Made by a program: the position numbers and the translations under genes | Shown here: positions 57,084 to 64,000 of the stretch, in pieces | Layout: each line of letters opens with the position of its first letter | Position numbering within the stretch: the first letter of the stretch is position 1 | The notes under the pieces: generated by a model | What the model was told of the DNA's origin: nothing | Database searches by the model: none | What the model saw: only the letters and a program-made list of their open reading frames with translations | Virus record (IMG/VR): IMGVR_UViG_3300037418_002332 | Strand: one strand, 5' to 3' | Origin: a virus | Taxonomy: Duplodnaviria > Caudoviricetes | DNA: 64,000 nt

Positions 57084-58417
57084 CACAAAAAGCATCTGAA
57101 TATATCCTAGATACATCAAAAGACTATTCCATTTATGTGGCTCAAAATAGAGCAATTCCATCTGTAACTGATGGATTGAAAGATGGTCAGCGTAAAGCAA
57201 TGTGGCTTTTGCGCAATAAATCAAGTAAAATCAAAACAGTTTCCCTCGCCGGTGAATTGATCAGTTCAAACCTATATCTTCACGGTGATGCATCAGCATC
57301 GGGAACGATTTCCCTATTGGCTGCGCCTTTCGTCAACAATGTTCCATTGGTTCATGGTATTGGATCATTTGGAACACGTGTTGCTCCTCAATCTGGTATT
57401 GGTGCACCACGTTACACCTATGTGGAAAAATCCAAGGCAGCTGATTCAATTCTGTACAAGGACATGAATCTGCTTCCAATGAAAGAAAATTATGATGGTT
57501 CAACTCAAGAACCTGTCACTTTCCTTCCATTGATTCCATTGGTGCTTTTGAACGGTGTATCAGGCATCGCGGTTGGTTGGTCAACAGATATTTTGCCAAG
57601 AAGCTTGACTGATTTGAAACAGGCTGTCATCGATGTTCTGGATGGTAAGGAACCAAAGGAAATCAAACCAACTTATTCCTATCTGAACGTGACTACCAAA
57701 AAGCTTGAAGAAAATTCTTGGGAGTTCACAGGTAAGATTGAATACATCGATACATCAACTTTGAGAATTGTTGAACTTCCTCCTGAAGTGGATTTTGAAA
57801 AGTTTAAAGATAAGCTTGATAAAATGCAGGATGCAGGTACAATTGTTGATTACGAAGATAATTCAACCAAGACAATTGATATCACTATCAAGTTCAAACG
57901 TGGTTCATTGAAAGACTATGTTGAAGATGATTATTTGAATCTGTTGAAGTTGAAAACCAAAAAGACAGAACGTATCGTTGTTCTGGATTGGAATGGTAAG
58001 TCAATTCGTCAATATGATTCAGCAACAAAGTTGATCAAAGATTTCGTAGCTTGGCGTTTCAACTATTATGTTGAACGTTACAAAGTTCAGTTGCAAGAAC
58101 GTGAAGCTGATTTGCAATATGTCTTGGCATTGAAAGACTGTTACGAGCAAGGTCTTCCAAATGAAGCTTTGAAGTTGAAAGACAAAAAGGCAATTGATCA
58201 AAAGGTTCGTGATTTCACTAAAACAAGAACTATCACTGATAGTGATGTTGATCGAATTGTATCTCTTCCAATTTATCGTTGGACTGTTGAATATTACAAC
58301 AAGCTAAAGGAAGAAGAAAAAGATTTGATCAAGGAAATCGCATACATCAAGTCTCTATTGGCAAAGCCTGCTCTGATCAAAAATATTTACAAAGATGAGG
58401 TGAAAGCTATTGGCTGA
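57080..58417 (+). CDS. gp52: Type II topoisomerase medium subunit
   Basis: RAIPSVTDGLKDGQRK, YLHGDAS and APRYT (catalytic Tyr) motifs. Confidence 0.96.
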   Translation: MTQKASEYILDTSKDYSIYVAQNRAIPSVTDGLKDGQRKAMWLLRNKSSKIKTVSLAGELISSNLYLHGDASASGTISLLAAPFVNNVPLVHGIGSFGTRVAPQSGIGAPRYTYVEKSKAADSILYKDMNLLPMKENYDGSTQEPVTFLPLIPLVLLNGVSGIAVGWSTDILPRSLTDLKQAVIDVLDGKEPKEIKPTYSYLNVTTKKLEENSWEFTGKIEYIDTSTLRIVELPPEVDFEKFKDKLDKMQDAGTIVDYEDNSTKTIDITIKFKRGSLKDYVEDDYLNLLKLKTKKTERIVVLDWNGKSIRQYDSATKLIKDFVAWRFNYYVERYKVQLQEREADLQYVLALKDCYEQGLPNEALKLKDKKAIDQKVRDFTKTRTITDSDVDRIVSLPIYRWTVEYYNKLKEEEKDLIKEIAYIKSLLAKPALIKNIYKDEVKAIG

Positions 58418-59084
58418 GCATTTGGGTGGTCATAATTGGGTAACTCATGTTGACCATGGTGCAATGGAATTCATTTTCAAACAAGGTTATAAGACCATGA
58501 TTGATGTTGGTTGCGGTCCTGGCGGGGCTGTAACCGATGCTAGAGGAATTGGTTTCAAAGCAATTGGTATTGATGGTGATATAAAACTCGATCACATCAA
58601 CCAAGAGAAATTCAATAAATCACCCGAATCATTACCTTTCATTCTATTCCATGATTATACTCAAGGTGTATTGCCCGATCATTTAAGTTGGGGAAATTTG
58701 ACAAATACAGATTTGACTGAGTTTGATGTTGGATGGTGTGTTGAATTTCTTGAACATGTTGAAGAAAAATATATTCCAAATATCATGGATACGTTTAGAC
58801 GTTGTAAAATTGTAGTCGCAACGCATGCACTTCCTGGTGATACAGGTGGTTGGCATCATGTCAATTTACAGTCACCTGAATATTGGATAAAAAAGTTTGA
58901 AGATGAAGGTTTCATCTATGATGAATTGAAAACCTTAAGACTCAAAAAACATTCAACCATGGGCCGTGATTTTCTCAGAAAAACTGGCAAAGTGTTTGTT
59001 CGATTTGACGAAAAATTCAAGTGGTATGAAAGCGTTGATTCTCAAAATGACCTTGATAGAGTTCGTCGAGATAATTGGACATGA
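58410..59084 (+). CDS. Class I SAM-dependent methyltransferase
   Basis: IDVGCGPG, CVEFLEHV and HHVNLQ..EYW motifs. Confidence 0.85.
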   Translation: MAEHLGGHNWVTHVDHGAMEFIFKQGYKTMIDVGCGPGGAVTDARGIGFKAIGIDGDIKLDHINQEKFNKSPESLPFILFHDYTQGVLPDHLSWGNLTNTDLTEFDVGWCVEFLEHVEEKYIPNIMDTFRRCKIVVATHALPGDTGGWHHVNLQSPEYWIKKFEDEGFIYDELKTLRLKKHSTMGRDFLRKTGKVFVRFDEKFKWYESVDSQNDLDRVRRDNWT

Positions 59085-59773
59085 AAGCATACTTCATCAC
59101 TAATATAGAGAATGATGAAGCTGCCGCAGTTGGTCACAGACATGTTAATCTGGTGAACTCAAAAGGATCGTTCGAAGCTGAAATATATGAAGCTGTCAAA
59201 GGCAAAGAAGCTTATGACATTTTCAAAACTTACAACATCAAGTTTTTGGATGAAAAATATCAAACTGGTGAATTTGTTGAACGTAATCGTCAAATGACAT
59301 ATGATAAGAAGGAAGGCGTGGCCGGTTGCTTCGCTTCTCATTATATGCTTTGGCAACGTTGCGTGGCTGCTGATGAATCAATTGGTATTTTTGAATACGA
59401 TGCAAAACAGATTGCTGATATGCCAGCAGTTGAATTTGACAATGTTTTGTATTTGAGTGCATGGCGAAATTGGGATGGAACTGATTCGGACAAATATTTC
59501 GAAAAACGAACTGAACAAGGTATTCATGATTACATTGGATACAATCGTTGGGGATATAACAATTGTATGTCAGGCACTCATGCATATTTGATTAAGCCGC
59601 ATGCAGCACAAAAATTGATTGATGTTGCACATAAGAAAGGTTGGTTTCCGGTTGATAGATTTTTCTCAACTGATTTAACCAATATGTCAAAACAAACATT
59701 GAATCCTGCGGTTTTTAAGGTGGCATGTAGTTTGAATTTATCATATCAATACAGAGTGGTGAAAATAACATGA
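59075..59773 (+). CDS. Glycosyltransferase family 25-like protein
   Basis: GCFASHYMLW, FEYDA, GTHAYLIKP.AA and PVD motifs. Confidence 0.8.
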   Translation: MDMKAYFITNIENDEAAAVGHRHVNLVNSKGSFEAEIYEAVKGKEAYDIFKTYNIKFLDEKYQTGEFVERNRQMTYDKKEGVAGCFASHYMLWQRCVAADESIGIFEYDAKQIADMPAVEFDNVLYLSAWRNWDGTDSDKYFEKRTEQGIHDYIGYNRWGYNNCMSGTHAYLIKPHAAQKLIDVAHKKGWFPVDRFFSTDLTNMSKQTLNPAVFKVACSLNLSYQYRVVKIT

Positions 59774-59982
59774 GAGAACGCAAAGCAATACCAGCAACTC
59801 ATTGCGATTATTTGATTCGAATGCATATGAAATCAATTGAAGCAATCAGTAAATATATGGCAGGTGGTTGTGGAACTGGCGCATTGAATGGACCTATGAT
59901 GGTTTGTGTTGAATTGATCAGAATGCGTGATATGATACAGAAATCATTGGAGGAATATAGTGACAAGCCGAAAGAAAGTTAA
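59770..59982 (+). CDS. Hypothetical protein
   Basis: ATGA overlap. Confidence 0.5.
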   Translation: MRERKAIPATHCDYLIRMHMKSIEAISKYMAGGCGTGALNGPMMVCVELIRMRDMIQKSLEEYSDKPKES

Positions 59983-60397
59983 TCGACAAAAGGTCGAAGA
60001 ATCATTGGAAAAGGCCAGTGTTGAAACTCACGCTTTCCAAGATAGTGGTCATACTGACGAATTTTTGGAACAACAATATGGTATAAAGCCGAAAGATAAT
60101 ACTGAGTTTCTAAATGAACTTGAAAATTATTTGAAATCACCACCATTGTATGAGTTTCAAAATAGAATCAAAGATACACCAACTAAAACTTGGTTAGAAC
60201 TCAATAAAACTGTAGTGGATGTGCTACATCCAAAACCAAAAGAAGAAGTTACCGCTGATCCAGCGAAACAACGCATTATTCTGACTGTTGATTTGACTGA
60301 TTTTAGGGACCTGTTAATAAATATTCGTGCTAAAATCCAAGATAGCATTGTAAAACTTAACCAAATTTGGAACGAAAAAAATGAAAGAAAAGATTAA
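59960..60397 (+). CDS. Hypothetical protein
   Basis: ORF in operon. Confidence 0.55.
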   Translation: MTSRKKVNRQKVEESLEKASVETHAFQDSGHTDEFLEQQYGIKPKDNTEFLNELENYLKSPPLYEFQNRIKDTPTKTWLELNKTVVDVLHPKPKEEVTADPAKQRIILTVDLTDFRDLLINIRAKIQDSIVKLNQIWNEKNERKD

Positions 60398-60563
60398 CCA
60401 AATCCTCCGTGAACACGCAGGTGATCCAGCAAAAGCAACCGCTGAAATCAGAAAAATCACTTCACAAAATTTCAGCCTTTACAATGAAGGCGGTTCACTG
60501 TATGTTGAATTTGATGATCCAACTGACTCTACTGACTTCGGAATTTCCCTCCTAGAGGAGTAA
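60381..60563 (+). CDS. Small hypothetical protein
   Basis: ORF in operon. Confidence 0.5.
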   Translation: MKEKINQILREHAGDPAKATAEIRKITSQNFSLYNEGGSLYVEFDDPTDSTDFGISLLEE

Positions 60564-60597
60564 TACACTCCTCACTTCTTCTTAGCTAGTCAAAGAT

Positions 60598-60605
60598 AAT
60601 AAATA
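60598..60605 (+). promoter_or_regulatory. Late promoter variant AATAAATA
   Basis: Upstream of the ATPase/internal-protein block. Confidence 0.6.
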
Positions 60606-60646
60606 CCAAATATAAGAAATCTTAAACACTAGCTAAGAAGAAGAGC

Positions 60647-62308
60647 ATGACAATCAATTTCACACAATTCCTTACTGAAGCTTCCTTCTCACCGCAAGCT
60701 GTTGAAAAGGTGTTGACCATTCTTGTTCGTTTGATCGAAAAGAAAATCGGTCAACGTCTATACAGATATGCAGGTGCGAATGGTTTCCAAGAAGTTGAAA
60801 TCAAGAACCATCCAGGCAAGGGCAAAGGTTTCTTATATTTCACCACCAAGCAAGTCGCTATCCGTTTCAATTTCGTCAAAGGTGATTTCGTATCAATGAA
60901 CTTTTGGCAACATTGGGAAATTGGTAAAGCATCAGATATGTACATCGATTTCGGTGGTGCAAATATCGTTCGAATTGCAAATATCATCGTTGACAAACTG
61001 ACTTCAGCCGTTCATGGCCAGATCAAAAAAGAAGTCATTCCAGCCTATCTTCCAGAACAAGCTATTCCTGAAGGTGCTGAACTCATCACTGAACAAGCAG
61101 CGAAAAGAGTTACTCCTGAAGAATTCTTTCAAATCATGCAAAGCACTTATCCAAATGCTGACTATTCAGAAATGCATTGGAGAGATATTGCAAATGCAGG
61201 TGCTGCTGCTGGTGTAGCTGGTATTCCTGGTTTCGTTAAAGCACAAGCTGTTCCTAACAAGAAGGGTTATTACTCAGTCATCCCTCCTTCTGCTGGCTCT
61301 CCTGGTGCTACGGCAGCTGTTTCTGCAAAGCCTGATCCAATCCTTTACATCAAAGTTACTGCCCAAGACCCAGTTTCAAAGAAGTTCCTTTCAGCTGGTG
61401 AATCAAAGCAAGCACAAGACATGTATAACCAAATTCAAAATGCTTTGAGTGACAACAGTGCTAACATGGCTAAGAAAGAAATTGAAAACCCAGATACTTT
61501 GTTCGGTGCTTTGTCCAACCTTGTTAAGTTGGTCATCAAAGGAACTAACAAAGCTTTGATGATTTACGGTGGTCCTGGTACAGGTAAATCATTCACAGTC
61601 ACCAGTGCTATTGAGCAAGCTGGTTTGGTTAAGAATCGTGATTGGTATCACGTCAAAGGCAAAATCACCACCCAAGCATTGTATGAACTTCTATTCATCC
61701 ACCGTGATGATAAGATCATTGTATTCGACGATGCTGACTCAGTTTTCAATAACGAAGATTCAGGTAACATCTTGAAGGCAGCACTTGATTCATACGATGA
61801 AAGAATTATCTCATGGCTTTCACCAAGAACTCAAAACATCGCTAGATTGAACGATGCGCAACGTGAAGCGTTCAATAAGGAAGTTGATAAGAGACTTGCT
61901 GAAGACCCATTGGGTGAAGATGAAGTTGAATACGATGAAGATACAGGTAAGAGCAAGGTTGTCAAGAAAAAACCTTTGAAGTATCCTTCTGAATTCAGAT
62001 ATGACGGTAGAATTATCTTCATCTCAAACCTTGGTTTGAAAGATATCGATAGTGCTGTTTTGACTCGTTCATTCAAGATTAACATGGACTTGACTGATGA
62101 ACAAATGTTCATGCGTATGGAATCAATTATTGAGCATCTTGGTAATCCAAATTTGACCAAGGAAGAAAAGCTTGACACTTTGAGAGTTTTGAAAGAACGT
62201 CATTTGTTGGGTCAACTGAAAAATCCACAAATGAGAACGTTCGTTGCGGCTTCTAACATCCGTGCTTCCGGTGTACCAAACTGGATTGAACTTTTGAAAT
62301 ATTCATAA
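60647..62308 (+). CDS. AAA+ ATPase with capsid-targeting-like leader
   Basis: MTINFTQFLTE leader; GGPGTGKS, VFDDAD, NILKAALD, FISN and VLTRS motifs. Confidence 0.8.
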   Translation: MTINFTQFLTEASFSPQAVEKVLTILVRLIEKKIGQRLYRYAGANGFQEVEIKNHPGKGKGFLYFTTKQVAIRFNFVKGDFVSMNFWQHWEIGKASDMYIDFGGANIVRIANIIVDKLTSAVHGQIKKEVIPAYLPEQAIPEGAELITEQAAKRVTPEEFFQIMQSTYPNADYSEMHWRDIANAGAAAGVAGIPGFVKAQAVPNKKGYYSVIPPSAGSPGATAAVSAKPDPILYIKVTAQDPVSKKFLSAGESKQAQDMYNQIQNALSDNSANMAKKEIENPDTLFGALSNLVKLVIKGTNKALMIYGGPGTGKSFTVTSAIEQAGLVKNRDWYHVKGKITTQALYELLFIHRDDKIIVFDDADSVFNNEDSGNILKAALDSYDERIISWLSPRTQNIARLNDAQREAFNKEVDKRLAEDPLGEDEVEYDEDTGKSKVVKKKPLKYPSEFRYDGRIIFISNLGLKDIDSAVLTRSFKINMDLTDEQMFMRMESIIEHLGNPNLTKEEKLDTLRVLKERHLLGQLKNPQMRTFVAASNIRASGVPNWIELLKYS

Positions 62309-62335
62309 TATAATAGGTCTGAAAGGAAAACTCGT

Positions 62336-62827
62336 ATGAGCATCAGAAAGCGTATCGTCGATGGGGTCATGGAAACTTTTTCCGAAGGCACTCATTATGC
62401 CGTTCATCATGCTACCATGGGATATTACGGTCAAAAGCATCCAAGTCATGAAGCAGCTGTTTCAAAAACTTTGAATCCAAAGTTGATTCGACCAGAAGAT
62501 TACACTGTTGTGAAAATCGAAAATGGTCGTAAGAAAGAAGCAACTGATTTGCATGGCAACAAGCGTGAAATTCCTAAGGGAAGACACGATAAATTGAGTG
62601 AATCAACCAATCATGAAGGACATGTGATTCAACTTCACAGTAAGCATTACACAAAACCACACTACAAGGGTGAAAACAATATTGTGAATCACCCAAAAAG
62701 TGCAAAGAAATATGCAACACCTGAGGAAGCTGAAAAGGCGGCCAGCAAAACTCATTTCATGGGTGATTGGACGCATAAAGTTGTTTCAACCAAAGATGCA
62801 TATGATGCACATAAGAGGTCATATTAA
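62336..62827 (+). CDS. His/Lys-rich putative internal head protein
   Basis: MSIRKRIV leader, FSE and LSE sites. Confidence 0.6.
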   Translation: MSIRKRIVDGVMETFSEGTHYAVHHATMGYYGQKHPSHEAAVSKTLNPKLIRPEDYTVVKIENGRKKEATDLHGNKREIPKGRHDKLSESTNHEGHVIQLHSKHYTKPHYKGENNIVNHPKSAKKYATPEEAEKAASKTHFMGDWTHKVVSTKDAYDAHKRSY

Positions 62828-63177
62828 TGTCAATTAGAGAAAAAATTATTGAAAGTGTGAAGGAAAAATTTGTCATGACTGAATCAGTGAATTTGAAAGA
62901 CTTGTCAAAAGAGCATCAACACGCTTATAAAAATTTGAAGGCCCATCTAAATAAAATTGGATCAAAACATTCAATCAAATATGATGAACACGGCAAATCT
63001 TTGGAAGTTGCTTGGGGATATGATCATCGTAAAGACAAAAAGCTTTTGAAGAAAGAAGAAGACCTGACACAAAAGGCTTTTTATGATAAAGATTTCAAAG
63101 AAAAGAAACTGAAGAATGCCAAAGTTGGATTTCAAGCGGATATTTCCGGTCATGGAATTCATGACATAAGGGAATAA
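62827..63177 (+). CDS. Lys-rich putative internal head protein
   Basis: MSIREKII leader, MTE site. Confidence 0.6.
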   Translation: MSIREKIIESVKEKFVMTESVNLKDLSKEHQHAYKNLKAHLNKIGSKHSIKYDEHGKSLEVAWGYDHRKDKKLLKKEEDLTQKAFYDKDFKEKKLKNAKVGFQADISGHGIHDIRE

Positions 63178-63554
63178 TGATGATTAGAGATCGTATCCTT
63201 AAAAAGCTTGAGGAAACCCATGTAGCTATCGCCCAAATGGAAAAGGCGATGACTCGTGGACCTGAAAAATCCAAGAAAAAGCTTGATGCGATCAAGCTCA
63301 ATTGGAAGCCATTGAGCGATAAGGAATATCAAACGCTTTCAAGATTCCACGACAAAAAGGCTGAAGGTTTCACCAACGAAAAGACTCAAAAAGTCACTTA
63401 CACGACAACTGATGGACATCATGTAGAAAAGACGTCCAATAGTCTTTTGCCAACTCTCCATAAGGTTACAACCAAAGATGGTAAAGTTGAGCACTACATT
63501 GACTCAAAAGCTTACAGTGAAAAGAAAGCAAAAAATAGAAAGAATCAACAATGA
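63177..63554 (+). CDS. Lys-rich putative internal head protein
   Basis: MMIRDRIL leader, LEE site. Confidence 0.6.
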   Translation: MMIRDRILKKLEETHVAIAQMEKAMTRGPEKSKKKLDAIKLNWKPLSDKEYQTLSRFHDKKAEGFTNEKTQKVTYTTTDGHHVEKTSNSLLPTLHKVTTKDGKVEHYIDSKAYSEKKAKNRKNQQ

Positions 63555-63757
63555 AAAAATTCACAGAGTTCGTAACTGAAGGTAAAAATATGACAGTCAA
63601 ACATACTGTTGTATACACTGACACCAATGGTCAAAAACGTGAAGTTGTCAAATATGGTATGTCAGATCAAAAGGCAATGGCTCATGTTCAGAAATTGCCT
63701 GATTTCAAAAGCCATCATCATGTTCGCACCACAATGGTGCCTAAGCTTTCTAAGTGA
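63551..63757 (+). CDS. Putative internal head protein with T4-type capsid-targeting sequence
   Basis: MKKFTEFVTE compared with T4 MKTYQEFIAE. Confidence 0.7.
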   Translation: MKKFTEFVTEGKNMTVKHTVVYTDTNGQKREVVKYGMSDQKAMAHVQKLPDFKSHHHVRTTMVPKLSK

Positions 63758-64000
63758 AGTGTTCACGTATTTCGGAAAGACTGGTGTAACGTTTTACATT
63801 GGTCTTTTTCCATTTATTGATTGATTCATTCAACCAATCTTCGGATTCAAGAACTCCCACCAAAACTTGTGCTAGAACTTCACCAAAGTTCACTTCTCCT
63901 CTGGTCTTTCCCAAACAAACAATTTCTCGTTTGAAATTTTCTCGTCCATGGACTTCAACAAGCTTGTTGACTGTCTCTGAAGAACCATAATAATCCTTCC
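63750..64000 (-). CDS. GIY-YIG-like conserved T4-type protein, C-terminal part (5' truncated)
   Basis: Read by hand on the minus strand: KDYYGSS...GRENFKREIVCLGKTRGEVNFGE...VLES...N; TAG at 63750-63752. Confidence 0.65.
   Translation of the reverse strand, partial: KDYYGSSETVNKLVEVHGRENFKREIVCLGKTRGEVNFGEVLAQVLVGVLESEDWLNESINKWKKTNVKRYTSLSEIREHFT

Noticed and set aside
1-64000. Stop-codon reassignment
   Set aside because: Core genes are full length under the standard code, and TAA, TAG and TGA all terminate genes.

Overview
A 64-kb stretch of a large T4-like myovirus genome (about 35-38% GC by eye, almost all genes on the + strand). The gene order (gp67/21/22/23, gp3, uvsY, uvsW, gp55, gp47, gp46, CobT/CobS-like, gp45/44/62, regA, gp43, uvsX, gp41 ... 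gp61, thyX, nrdA/B, topoisomerase II) resembles the distant T4-like phages of alphaproteobacteria and cyanobacteria rather than T4 itself. An alphaproteobacterial host is inferred from thyX, a GTA-type holin-like gene, a CTTTAC-N17-CTATAC promoter and one high-GC gene; it is not shown. The core genes are interleaved with accessory genes: peptide deformylase, two glycosyltransferases, two methyltransferases, SLOG, phosphoesterases, a deaminase, UvrD, an Acb1-like 2H phosphodiesterase, an NDT-like protein, a vWA island and an ASCH-like protein. Best leads: (1) two tandem mini-genes after nrdB, each carrying a diverged fragment of the phage's own major capsid protein, one matching the Gol-peptide region; (2) a structured non-coding element present twice, 33 kb apart, with a compensatory base-pair change; (3) a set of probable capsid-packaged internal proteins, including an AAA+ ATPase with a capsid-targeting-like leader, a shared MSIR leader family, and a repeated basic module behind prohead-protease-like sites. 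No tRNA, rRNA, CRISPR array or intron was recognised. All family assignments come from remembered motifs, not database searches.
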